A stretch of DNA of 64,000 nucleotides from Orbicella franksi (lineage: Eukaryota): positions 3,968,001-4,032,000 of the forward strand of contig OZ116708.1 of the NCBI GenBank assembly GCA_964199315.1, read 5' to 3'. Positions 31,560-44,777 of this stretch are shown here, one piece after another; positions within the stretch are counted from its first letter, which is position 1, and every line of letters begins with the position of its first letter. Position numbers and translations under genes: made by a program. The notes below the pieces were generated by a model. The model saw only the letters and a list, made by a program, of their open reading frames with translations. It did not search any database and was not told the origin of the DNA.

Positions 31560-32560
31560 GAGAGTAGAAGCAAGCCTTGGCGCGGAAGCACTAAAATAAC
31601 TACCACCATCAAACGAGCCTTGCAGTGGCGAAGAAATGTCGCTAAAGAAAAATTTCTTTGGCACGCCGCTCTCTTACGTGATTGGTCAGCTTGACAAGTT
31701 AGTGCTTTCTGATTGGTTCCGGTTGATGACCTGTCAACACACTTCTTTCCGTTGAATTTCATCAAGAGATGAGGTCACTGAGATATATGGAACAGAAAAT
31801 TAAACATTGACGGGAAAATTTTATTTGTTCCACTCAAGATATCTGTCAGTTATTACAAAAGTAGCATTCTGCCTCCCAAAAAGACTCATTGGAACAAAGT
31901 CTGACCCGAAAATCGTACGAATTTTCAACTACGGTTTGCAGAGATCTTGCGAAACGAAAGTAGAACAAAAAGTACATATGTAAGCGAAAAGTAAACATAC
32001 ACAATGTTTTCGCCGAATCTTTCTCGACGCCTACCATGAATAATTTTGTTTGCTCTTAGCTCTATGTCACCCGTAAGGCTAAAGAATCACCAAGCATTAA
32101 AAGAAACGCTTTGAAATGTATAATAAAGATTGTAAAATCGAGAAATTTAGGTTGAATTGTCAAGATCATCAATATGTTGGAAAATTATGCAAATTAACCT
32201 CAAAGTGCATTTTCATGAATTATTAATGTTAAAACATGGTCGAAAACCAAAAGAAAGCGTGGTTTTGGTGTGCTCTTGTTTTGAAACTAAAACCGTAAGC
32301 TTGTGCACGTGGACAACGGAATACACATCAAAAGAACAACTTTGATTGGTCAAGAAACAATGGCAATAACACGCGCGCGAACTATTGTCCTTGAGACAAT
32401 AGCAGGACTGACAACGTCTTAGACGCGAGCCAATCAAAAAATACAAAAATATTGCAACGTATTATTTGGCAGAATATCAAAAATAGGTGAATATATTTAT
32501 ACGCAGTTAAATATTTTTTTCGCGGGAACTTTTTTTTGGCGACGTTCAGTGAGTGAAGAG
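31560..32560. promoter_or_regulatory. Divergent promoter region between the Bcl-xL-like gene and BH3-only gene C
   Basis: ATTGG/CCAAT boxes at 31681, 31712, 32345 and 32430; E2F-like TTGGCGCGGAA (31577-31587) and TTTCGCGGGAA (32518-32528). Confidence 0.55.
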
Positions 32561-33175
32561 GCAAAAGACATTCGTTGCGAGAAGACCGACTGCCGAACAT
32601 TCGGTCTTGCCATGAATTTTGCCCTTCCTTGAGGAAGGTTAACAGTACTTGAAGTAATTACCAGCGAAGGAGAACTTTCTGCGACCGTCTTTCCTTGTCA
32701 AACAAGTTAGCTTCGAAGGCGAAACTTCAAGCAACAAGTTGTTGACTATTAAAGAAGCGAGCCGCTTGAAGATCATTTTATTTCGCCCTGGTAAGTGGCA
32801 TATTGAAAGCTTTCCACGAACAGGGCGTTAAATTACGTAGCTAACTGTCTTCCACAGCTTATCCAAGATGCTTTTATGGGCCATCTGCTTTCAAAGTTTT
32901 TATTTTGAAAGCTCGGATAGGAAATGGGTTCGCGAGCGGCTCTTTCTTTGCCGAGAATATAAATATATAAACAAGGGTAGTTGTTGTGCTTCACAGGGGT
33001 GTGAGACATAAAAGAAGCCGATAATTTCAATTTGCTTTTCTAAATGGTCATAACAGAGCAAAGTATGACTAATGGGCTGTCCTCTTTAGCAAAATAACTT
33101 CGAGTTTAACCTGTCCTCAACTCATGCCCATCTGTTTATTATATAGACCGCTTGGAGAGGATATACGTAACTGGT

Positions 33176-33430
33176 ATGGACCGCGACAAGCCAAGATCAG
33201 CCGGCAGCAAGCCACAAATAAATCAACTGGCTTGTCCTTCATGTGAATTGAGTCAAGAAAGTAAAGAATTATGCCGAGAAATTGGGAAGGTGTTGGCCAG
33301 AATTGGAGATAGAATAAACGCTTTGCAACTGACAAGGAATGGACACAATCTTCACATCAACTGTCGCGATGGCGAAAGGATAAACGATGATGATACGAGA
33401 CCCAGGACGGGGGTGAATAAACTTCCGTAA
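33176..33430 (+). CDS. BH3-only-like protein (gene C), 84 aa
   Basis: ATG at 33176 follows an acceptor at 33146; non-coding exon 1 ends CCTG|GTAAGT at 32790/32791. Residues 36-50 IGKVLARIGDRINAL are a canonical, BAK-like BH3. No BH1/BH2 or transmembrane segment follows. Confidence 0.8.
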   Translation: MDRDKPRSAGSKPQINQLACPSCELSQESKELCREIGKVLARIGDRINALQLTRNGHNLHINCRDGERINDDDTRPRTGVNKLP

Positions 33431-35349
33431 ATACCGGAAGGTTTTTATCTACCAATTACTTTTAAAAATTCTATTTCTACGCCAGAAGAATTGTACATAT
33501 TATATGCAGATTTTGCTGTAATCTAGATGTAACGTACTTCATTTTGGAAATGCGTATATGTATAATAGTTTTTAAGACTCGAGCTGTGAGCTTTGTAATT
33601 TGCATCGCTGATTTTACGAAAACAACAGTTCCTGAGACGAATTGTTTTAAAAGGAAAACCCAATCTTCAAAACGCATGTAAATAGTTTTCACAATAGCAG
33701 TGACATACAAATAAAATCAGCTGATGAAGAGCAATATTTTGGTACTTAGTGTCCATAGCAACTTATTGTTCTCCCGGCGAGGACATTTGACACAATGGCG
33801 CTAAAATAGCGAAACAACAGTGACTTTGCACAATGGTTCTTTATGCTTTGAGGAATCAATGATACCATTGTTCGCTGCAAACTAATATATTCCGATTGCA
33901 CGGGCTGATCAGTGGATTTTTCTGCAAAAGCGGCATCTGGAATTTTTGCAGGGTTTTGTCAACAACTAACTTTGATACGTCGAGACGAATGAAAGAGAAA
34001 AGCCCTTGAGGCCAAGGTTTATTAAGTCGGACAGAATTAGTTGCTTTTTTGGGTGGTCGACCTGGGGTGTTAACCTTCCCGCTATACTGTGACCGATTTA
34101 ATAACAAAACGCAACAATATTTTGACTGTATACATCAATGAAGCTTTGTTCTCCCTTCGCTCGACCAGCCAAGTCGCACTGATTGAGAAATCTATCAAAA
34201 GGGATGGGTTCTTGCCTGTTCCGTACTATAAACATTGCCGCTCTTTTTTCCTAGGGTCAGCAATTTGTCTTCTGATATCATGACTTAGGTTTGCAGGGTT
34301 TCCTTGGCTTTTCTGACCCGTCAAGGTTTCAATCAAGTCATTTGTTACGCTCGATTTTCCAGAGTTAAATTTCTTCTCCCAAGCCGGTGTTTTAAACCTT
34401 TGCCTTTTCCTGTGATTGCATAATCATTTTACGAAAAGGTTGTCTGGCTTCGAATTCTGCGCGCAGAGAAGATAGTTCGTGATTTCAAAGATCGTTCATG
34501 GTGAGTCGAATATCACAGAAACTTCAAGAGTGTTTCACATCACGCTTTCTACACGAATTTCTTTTTCTGACAAACTATACCCTCGCAGTGCCGGTAATAT
34601 AAACAGATAACATTACTGTTGTTTTCAAAGTTTTGCTTCTGTGAAATTAAATCGATATTTCCTTTGACGAGTGGGCAGTAAACATTAATGAGAGATAAGT
34701 CTAAAAAATTGTGCTGGAAGGATCGAGATTCTAATGATGATAAAATTTCACCGCAAAAACAACAGACTGACTTATACCACAATGTCTGTCTGTTTATAAA
34801 ATCACGTGCAAAACAAATACACAATATCAAAGTTTGCAAAACAAACTCGACGCCTGCATAACATGCGCAGTAACCGACAATATAAGAGGGGAATTTTAAG
34901 CAATACAGTAAAGTAAAATCGCGCTATCTCAGACAAGGAGAATTAGAAATAGGCATTAGTAAATGACAGAAAGAGTATATCCAAAATAATTTCAATTCGA
35001 GATAGCGGGGAATGAGAGATACCCGGTTTCAACTGTTTTAGCGAGGAGTCTGAGAACGAGATATTACATCATTGCCGGGGACAAAAGCTTACTCCGTTTT
35101 CAGTGTTTGTCTGCTTGGCTCTGTGTATCACAGGAAAAAACTCGATTTTGAATACTCGATCTTGGGAATTTTTCGAAGTAAAGGATGTCAAAATTTGTTC
35201 CGTCCAGTTTAGTTCTCCCTCGATCTCAGACTGCTGAAGTGGATGAATTTAAGTGGGTTTCTGTCACTTCGTTACACAGTAGAACCACCGGTTGTCTCGA
35301 TCGAACTCCGCACTTATCTCGATCTCAAATCATTTTTTCCTTTTTGTAT

Positions 35350-35850
35350 TTTTTTCAGTTCCTTATTCGAATCCCCGACATCCCGAACTATATTTCATTT
35401 CGCATAAGACTTCGAGATAGCGGATCTGCAATTGATGTCTTTTTTTAAAGCCATAAACTTCCCCCCCCCCCCTCCGCCACGATTCCAAAGTGATTTTTGA
35501 AACTTCATACTTGGTAACTGACGGATACGCATATACACGCTGCACGAACTTTAGGCCCCCCATAGAAGCCGTTTTAAAAAGGCTGAAAAAATTTCAATCT
35601 AAACTTTTTCAGTCCTTTATTCGAATCCCCGACATCTCGAATTATATTTCATTTCGCGAAAGACTTCGAGATAGCGGCGGTTCTGCAATTAAATGTTTTT
35701 ATTTGAAAGCCATGAACTCAACCCCCCCCCCCCGTCACGATTTCAAAGTGATCTTTAAAACTTCATACTTGGTACTTCTGACGAATACGCATATAACGCT
35801 GCACGGACTGGTATCACGAGATGTAGATGTCATTTAGGCCCCCCATAGAA
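35350..35850. repeat. Direct tandem duplication of about 250 bp
   Basis: TTCAGT(T)CCTT(T)ATTCGAATCCCCGACATC.CGAA.TATATTTCATTTCGC..AAGACTTCGAGATAGCGG recurs at about 35355 and 35608. Confidence 0.8.
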
Positions 35851-38749
35851 GCCGTTTTTTGTTTGTTTGTTTTTTTTTTTTAAATAATAATGATAAATAA
35901 AGAATTTTAATTCCAAAAATGAAAAACACCTGCTTTACTTTAAGGCTTAGGACACCCAGTGGGGAGAAAATTGATACGTCATGTACAACACCATGTCAGG
36001 GTCACACTCTGACCAGATGCATGCAGAATGGGTAATCATTTGCCGCTTACCAAGGGAATGTCTCTCTCTCAACACCAACACACAACTAAGGGGTACACGG
36101 AACTAAAATGACTAAATTTGCGACGATAGCTTTGGAATGAATCTAAGATCTATACGTTTAATCTTTTTAAAACGTTCTTTGCCGTGAACGATTCCCTTTT
36201 TAGTCGCTCAAAAGACATTTCTGTCATTGAATTTTCTTGCCGGCAAATATAACTTTCCCCCCACCCCCTCCCCCCACTTCCTCTCACCACCAGGACCCCA
36301 TCCTACACCACCCATTGCGTTCAAAACACTAATCTCAAATCTCCCGTAGTTAATTTTCTTCTTGTGATCTCGAAAACATCTAAGAGAAAATAGACGGTCA
36401 GACTGGTTCCAGATTTAAGGGAAACTCTTATATTCCTTGAGGAAGATCGTTTCAGCTTGGAAATGACGAATACAGGTAGACTGCGCAGGGATTAAGCCGG
36501 AAAATTTCAAATTCACGTAAATTTCAAAGACTTACTGATTGAATTACCCTGGACATGATCATGCACATTGCTCGAGATCGTTGGTGATCACGTCCTTAGA
36601 AATTTCAAAAGGGGCTACTGGCGTTTCAAACTGGAAGATCTCATAAAAATTTACCTCGAATCATATCAAAACATTTTTAATATTGCTGGAAATAATATAT
36701 TGGTTTACTGATAAAACTCTTTAGAAGTTGCGTCTAACCAGCTTCCGCCTCCCTTGTAGAGGCTAGGGGACACTTGTCACAACAGGACGAAGGCGACTGC
36801 AAAATGTCGGTTAATTTAATTTTGTGGAATTATGTTTTCTTTCCCACTTGGAGAAGATTAGTCAGCACTCGAAATATGAGTCGAAAGTTCATCTAAAAAG
36901 CTGCCACCTCAATTTTGCAGAGGGCAAAAAACGCTTGGACAAGAATGAACAAGAAGCAAGATTATCCATTCATTCTCTTGAAGTTGAAGCATTCATTGTT
37001 TGACTGACCTGAAGCAAATTTAGGAATTTAACAATTAAACCAGGTGAAAAGTAGCGGACCTCGGGGTTATTACACTGAGCCTTACGAACTTCATCGAGAT
37101 TAATTTCACAGTAAACACAAAATTATATCAGTTTCAGTTTGGCGAACACTCTTCAACGCTTTTGTGGCTGACATTGAATGACATACTCCCAGATAATATT
37201 GAATAGGTCGCTATTTTTAGCCTCCTGAATTACTCATTTCCCCGAAAACAGAAGAAAGTTTGACTGGAACATCAGATCATCACGTTTAGTAGCAACATTC
37301 CCCGAAATGAAGTAGGAAGCTTTCAGTTACTGCTTCGACTCTCTACTTTCAACGCACAAATCAGTTTGTATATAATTGGTACAGTAAATTAAATGAATTA
37401 AAAATAATCTTAATGAATGAAAGTACATATGAATGATCTCGTGAGAATAGTGTTGTACCTAGTTTTACAAAGAGATTTTAAATGAAATACCTGCAAATTT
37501 CTTTTCCACATTCAACTATTAGTGAATGAACGCTCGCAACTTCACTGGGTTCAGTCCTGCGATGGAGGGAATAAAACGACACTTCAAGAAAGCTCCTCCA
37601 AGTTCTAACACTTGCGTCAAATGAATACCCTTGTCGGCTTTGCCTTCGCTTTTTAACCATGATGATTACCAGGTAATTTATAAGACAAACACTGCTATTG
37701 GATATTTTGAGTTATTATATAATGATGGGTGGTGAATATCACGAGTGCCGTAAAAAATACGGTGAACTGATCCCCTGTCCCTCTTAAGTTCCTGTTTTTC
37801 TAGCTATATGGGCCACGATTGTTACATTGTGGTTGAACACGTGTGTTTCCGAGTTGTTATTTTTCGTGCCCCAGTATTTTTTTTAAGTAACTTTCAAACA
37901 AAGCGGGAGAGCATTTTAATGACAGGCCGCTAACAGCGTACTGTATGAGGCATAACGGGACCTTCAACGGTTATCCGTCATTTCTGATCAAGTAGCAATT
38001 TCTCGTCAGTATTAGGCGATAAAAAAGCGTTGGGGAGTTTCATACTACGTGATCTGGGGTGATAACAAACGCAATTGTGCTGACAAGTGCAGACAACTTG
38101 TGTTTGTAGTCACATGTGTTTGAGAAGTTGTAATTCGCCTGTAAGGATTTTCCCGTCGCAATATTCAACCTTAAATCGGCCAGATTGCTGAAACCGGGTC
38201 AAACATGATCGAGATTGTGGAAATACATCAGTGAATCGACAGAGTCACGTGCTAATGGGTGCATGTTGGGTAATTCGATCAAAATCTTGCGACGTGCAAA
38301 CAGTATATAGTTGAACATGGAGGAAAATTTTGGTGAGATTACCAGGGCTGCATGTAATGGGTGATAATCTTTTAATGATACATTGCAAGCATGAATCATG
38401 TTTTGGTGATCTGATCCACACATCACACTTCACTCGTCTTAAATATCAATTTAAAATATTTGCCAACAGGAATCGTGACCTTGGAACTTAGCTTAAATCA
38501 CCGTGTTTAGTGCATGTCTCAGGTGTGCTGAGCGACACAGTTTTTTTGTATCCAGGGAAACAAAAGCGCTTAATGTGTGGGAATTTTTTTAAACAACATT
38601 GGCTTCTGCGCATAAAATACCCTTAATGTACCCTGCCCCCCCCCCCCTGGCCGCGCCCCAGGAGACAAGAGGCAGCCTGGACGGAAAAGGAAAGTTGGAG
38701 GATCAAAGACCACACGGAAAAGGACGGGTGGGGTGGGTGGGGAAGGGGG

Positions 38750-39166
38750 GGAGAGGGTGTATTCCCATGCAGGAAAATTGGGTGGGTGTGTGGTCCTCTT
38801 CCCAAACCCTTACCCTATCCATATGCCTATCCAGGACCAGAATCTGTAATTTTCGCTACCCTATTTATGGCTTAACCAAGAATTCGATATCCTATTCGAG
38901 ACCTGGCTTAAATAAATACCCTGTGTCAGACCTAAATTATAATTAGTTCTCTAGTTCAGACCGATGTTAAAGCCATTGTGAAGGGCTTTTGTTGATGGTC
39001 TTATCGATAATGATGAAAAAGTAGCTTCGTCTAAAAAACAAAAACCACGGCCTATTTGAGACCAAAATAGCAAAATGGATACTCTATTTCTGACCAAAAC
39101 GGCTAAAAAACCATTGCCTTTGGGGCTGCACATGCCTACAGCCCATGTAAAGGAGTATCCAACGGG
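38750..39166 (+). mobile_element. Interspersed MITE-like repeat, copy 2 (same family as 23409-23853)
   Basis: Shared blocks AAAATTGGG, TACCCTATTTATG, TTAGTTC.CTAGTTCAGACC.ATGTTAAA and ATGATGAAAAAGT.GCTTC. Confidence 0.75.
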
Positions 39167-42100
39167 CCTTACGCGTCACTTGGCGAGGGTAGAACTAAGT
39201 AACTAACCGCCCCAGGCCGTACGGTGTTTGCCAGGAATTGCTTCATGGGAGACAATGGGAAAAAGATTGGACAGGACAGGAAACACAAATAAGATCATAA
39301 CTAAGATAGTTATAAAACCACTGGGGAGCAAAAAATGATGAAAAACGGAAGATATACTGGGTGGGGGGCACCTGAGTTCAGCCAAATCAAATCTTTGCTT
39401 ACTTTACTTTACCCTGTGTTGCGCATTGCTAACTCGCTTACCGTACTAGCTTTTACCAGTCGAGAAAGTTTTTGTCATGCATATTTTTAAAAGACTAACG
39501 GAAATGTTTCAGAATCTTTGGATGCAGAGGGCAATAGCTGGGCAGCAACACATTAACGCAGCCGGCTTGTCTGTCAACTGATCTCTTACTCAAGAAATGC
39601 CGATACCAAACGTTATTGTATGAATAAATTAAACCAAATGGGTAACGAGACAGGCAATAAGGTGAAATTAAGGGAGAAGTGGTAATTATTCGGCTCAGTA
39701 CTGCAGGACTGTAACCATGGTAATGAAAGTGTTTCTTGCGCATTTTAGGTTTCGTTCCGCTAAAAGTGTTCAATTTACATTTGCACAGTTGTTACATTTT
39801 ACGATAAGTATGCTCAGGGTACGTTGTTAAACTAAGCCACAAATAAACAAGAACTAGAATACGTGTTCAAATAGTCCTAGTACAGTTGGATTGATGGAAA
39901 TTATGCTTATTCACCTCTAGAAAATGTTGTCTCTTTGAGGGTGAAACTCGATCAGATTAGTCATGCCCCAACAATACGGGGAGTACCCTCTACTTGTTTT
40001 TTCATAATCACTGATGAGTAGTTCTCTCATGCAATTTTACTTTGAGTCCCTTCCCGTAAGCCAGACTTAAACGATGAATTTAAATGAGCATATTGAAACT
40101 ATACATACTGTTACACTGTTAAAATGAATCCTTCCTTTGACGTTCTCAAGCACAAATATACCCCGGAGCCTCGAACCGGCCCTTTCTATCCAAGAGAACT
40201 TTAGGTCGGTGTGATGGGGTTCCGATAACAGAGGTTTCTTACAAAGCCGCAGGTGAAGACCTATGAATACATTCCATGCAGCTTGTGACAGTGAGTACTA
40301 CGATTTCTATTGGTTGAAAACCTGTTAGCGGACCGGCTTTCAGCGTCAATCAAAACTGTATATAAAAATTTCTGTTTGAACAGATCTCTTGTTAACGTCT
40401 GATTGCGTCTCATTTCCAACTGTGTATGGAACAAACAGGAAACGCCATTTCCTATATTTTTTTCTTGGATTCCTGCAAGCTTACAAAAGTTACTTTCATA
40501 GATTTTTTACAGTCCGTCATTTCCTTGAAGAGCATTAGTCAAGAATTCTTAGACTATTAAAATTTCCTTCTTTCTTTTTGCCAGAGGAAAAATAGCTTCG
40601 CCCTCGACGTGTTTGCGGGGCTGTTTTCACTTCTCGCTAGGAAAAAAAGAGCGACCGGTGATAGTCTTGAGAAGTCTTTATTCATTAGGGTGACGAGAAT
40701 CTAATTTCTCTTTTCAAGACAATTCACGGCCAAAATGACGTGTAATGGAAAAAAATTAATGCCATCAGGAATATAAGGGCCATCGTCCGAGATGTTACAA
40801 CCCCGTTCGATCCAACATGAAATTCTAGTTACGGGTTACCTACATTGCTGGACTCCAGCTTCGAAGTAAACTTTAATTTAAGGAGAAGAAGAAGAGGGAT
40901 TTCACTGAAAAATCGTGACAATCGGTATTTGAGCAGTAGAGTGTAGCGTCAAACTTAAGAGCATTCTCCCGACTTCGGCAGACTTGTTGCGATGTTTGTA
41001 ATGGCTTTTACTAAGTACTGCAGTTTCCCTTGAAATTTATTATTTATCTTAAAACGGGAAATGTTTGAGTTGTTATCCAACGTATGTTGTTCTGTTCTCT
41101 AAGAAAGTAAAGCAGATTCTCTGGCTTATCGTTGTCGAGTCGCCGGCTTGTCTCGGTGTTACATTGGCTGATCTTTCTGAAGAAATGGACTAGTCTTCCT
41201 GTATGTCACACAGAATTGCTATAAAACCCCAGGGTTTTTTTTAAAGTTAAAACCCTCAAACTAGGTGTATCATTTAAGCCTTTGTTTACATTTCTGAAAG
41301 TGCAAAAATCGCCACTTTGGAAAGCTTGTTTCTAAGCCAGTTCTTTCGTTTTCCATGCACGAAAATCGTGGAATAAATGATGCCTCTCAGAAACGCGTGA
41401 GGAACCACGTGCCCGTGATCACGTGTGGCTGATCACACACTGGTCAGGTGCTCTGCATGTAACAAACGCGCTGAGGCGACTCCTTCAGCCAACTCTCTCA
41501 CCCGTCAAAGCTGACAGTCGGCTGTCAAGCGGACAGCTTTTTTCAGTAAGGCGTGTGTGCCTTTTTAAAATAAGGCAGAGTTCGAACCTTGCCCAGTTTG
41601 AGGCTAGTTTGAACTGTCGTTGCTAAATTATTTTCTGCTCTGTAAACAGTGAATCTATACATAGAAAAAGCTCTTCTACGTTCTCCGTGTTGATTATTCG
41701 GAAAATCTGCGCAAACATTTCAGTTTCAGTAAAATTAAATGTGCTCACTTGTGAACGAAAGGATTAAATCAAAAAGTCTTATAATAAACCCATTATAGCT
41801 CTTAGCTTTCATTCCGAAAGATAAATTGTTGATTGATTGATTACTCCAAGGTCAACTGTAGCGTTTTTCAGCTGCTTCAAAGAAACTATAAACATTGTTA
41901 CAGGTGTTAATTGTTATGTCATGCGTCACCCTTGAACAAGTCCACAAGCTCTCAGGAAGAAGGAAAATCAGCCCGTTTAAGGCGAAATTCAATTCTAATC
42001 TTTTGAAAACGGACGGTGTTGTGTAATTGGACTACATTCTAATCCAATTTGAAATAACTTAATTTTTAAAAATTTGACTCGGCTGCTGTCCAAATTATTT

Positions 42101-42471
42101 GCTAACTTGGATGGACACTAACCAATTTAAGAATTATCTTGAACAGTTTAGAAAAAAAAAAAAAAAAAAAAGGAAAAAACAATTAAATAATAGTGTTAGC
42201 CCTTGATTGGAATAATAGTTTCAATCAACAAACGATATGCCAAGTCATGAGTAAAAATTAGATTAATGATAGGTACCCCGGCGGCAATAAGTACCCGGCG
42301 TTTGTAGAAAACTCCCTACCTTGGGCGCAAAATTGCCAAATCATGCAATTTGCATGGAGGGTATGAAAGGATCAAATTCAGCTGATAACATTTTTCGATC
42401 GTCAACCAGCCGGTTGAAAATAGGGAAGATCTCCTCTGCTTACAAACATCGATTTGAGCGGTTGTTTCACG

Positions 42472-42831
42472 CCCCGTCCACACTACGCCGAAGAAGTTTT
42501 AAAAACGCACCTTTATTTCTACGGTTAGGCCTACCGCCCACATTAATCCGTCAAGAAAATAGAGCTTTTCGAAAACGCTCTTCAAACCGGAGGAATTTGA
42601 AAACGCCGGCTTTGCGTTTTAATGCGGACGGAAAACATTTCGAAATCGGAGCTTTTCGAAAACGATGACGACCGATAATCAGATGATTTCCTTGCCCAAA
42701 TGTCCAAAATGACCGTTGATTGTTGCGTTTTCAAATTTCTCCGGCGCAAGTGTCCGGTGGATAGAAAACATTTGACGCATTTCAGAATGAAAACTCCGCT
42801 TTCAAATTTCTCAAGCATAGTGTGGACGGGG
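42472..42831. mobile_element. MITE with 14-bp inverted repeats
   Basis: CCCCGTCCACACTA and TAGTGTGGACGGGG; internal GCTTTTCGAAAACG repeats. Confidence 0.8.
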
Positions 42832-43918
42832 TCTTTAGTAGATCAATTTTTTAAAAATAATATCCAGGCGGCTTCTTGATAGGCTCAATCAAGCAGCCGC
42901 TGTTCGGGAAATGAGCCCGCGCTCCACCGAACTCGACTGAGTAAGCAGCCTTCAAATCGAGCCTACTTCTTCTTGACAGAGAGAACAAAGGTGTCCACGC
43001 GCATTTCATTGACTGAAATCTTGTCCGGTCTCCCATTTTTATTTATAACGAGTAGCTCTGGGAAATAAATTGCTTATCCAAATTCAGTAGCTGGAAGCCA
43101 AAGCAACACTCGTAAGAAACGAACAGCGCGTTGCTGAAATTGCAGTCTGCAAGTTTTATCATGTTAGATATTCTAGGAATAAAAGACTACATACCCATCG
43201 TCTTCGCTTTTGCCTTCACTTGATCAGTCCAGTTTCGAGTTACCATGACCGCTGAATAAAGACTAAAGACGCATCTATATATTGTCAGCCTCGATCTGAG
43301 GTAAAATATTCGAAAATACCAGTGAGAAAGGTTGAAACCACGAGCTACTGAACTCTGTGTATTCTCTCATCTTAAGCTTCATCACTTTGTGCCGGTATTT
43401 TGTGAACAATTTGCTTGTTTTTTTTTCCGTTCAGCGGTCTCGCTTATAACTCGAATCTGTGCTTTTTTATGCAATTTCTCTTCACTTGTGATCTATCGCG
43501 ACGAAAGCCTGAAGAATCTTTGGCCGAGAGACAAAAAGAAGAGGAGTGAGATGGGACCTTTGCGGATGCGTAACAACGAATTTTCCAAAGTTGCAAGTTG
43601 CGTGACTAAGAAAACCGAGTACCGCAATCCGGGGCCCCAGCGCGTACCAGAAAATTCTTCACTCACTTGAATTTCACACACACATGCCCAAAACAAAAAA
43701 AAGAAAACAAAAAAAAACCAAAAAATACAAAAAAAACACTCAACAAATTGTAGAAAAATATTTATTTTTTTATTGAATACAAAAATCGTTCCGTATGCGC
43801 GTACAAAATAAATGTGACAACTATAGCGATCGCATGCAAGAAAAATCGAGAAATAAATATTTGATGTACCAAAATGGCAGTCATTTGGAGCGCGTTATAA
43901 TACAATTATAATATAATA

Positions 43919-44507
43919 ATTCTTGGTTTTCACCAGTCATGTGATCAAAACTAAAAATCGTAACCATTCAATAAATAAATTCAAGAATCTAGGATATGAT
44001 AGATGATTGCTATATAAACAACCTCGCCAAGAATCAGGTTTCTGCTGTTGTTCATTCGCTCGTTATTCGCAGAAGCGTGTCATCCAAATTTATAGAGCTT
44101 TGTATGGAGACGCCATGTTTGTGCCCTTCGGAGGGGCACAAACATGGCGACCGTAAAATAACAAAAACATCCGTCCTTGAGTTTTGCTATTGAAACGAAC
44201 ATTTTTACTCTAGTGCTCCGACACATTGAAATAAATGCTTCTTCTAGTGCAAGCACCGTTTATTTAACAAAAACTAAAGCGATAACTCGCCTTTTGACCT
44301 ACGCGACAGTCTTTTCTGGCCGCCATTTTCATGTCACGCAACGCAAAAGCTTGGAGTGCTCTGTTACAAAAAGAAGAACTCTGTCGAGCTAAAACATTGC
44401 CAAACGTCACGTTCCTACAGGGCCTTTTATCTGATGAAACTAAAACCTCAGAAGGAAGGATAATTTCTAATTTTGGAATATGACTACGTCACATGAAAAC
44501 CAAGAAT
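43919..44507. mobile_element. MITE with 14-bp inverted repeats and an internal palindrome
   Basis: ATTCTTGGTTTTCA and TGAAAACCAAGAAT; core CGCCATGTTTGTGCCC-TTCGGAG-GGGCACAAACATGGCG. Confidence 0.8.
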
Positions 44508-44777
44508 ACATACATACATACAAGTACTAAAAATGATTTTCATAAACTTAATTTTGTTCTGAATTTGTTATAAAAAATGACCTTTTTCCTCAAAAAGAAT
44601 TTTTCAACATCTTTTCTCTTAAGATACATTCCGTTCAGGTGGCTTAAAATACAAACCAAATGCACTGGTCGGGGATTTTACAAATTGTTAAATGAAGAAA
44701 TCCACTTTTAAGCCTTTGAGGCTATTTGCCACAACGAAGAAAAATCGAGTATAATTTATATTCACACTATCTGTCTC

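Noticed and set aside
33856-34530. Protein-like ORF fragments on both strands
   Set aside because: Stop density is about that of random sequence and no family is recognisable.
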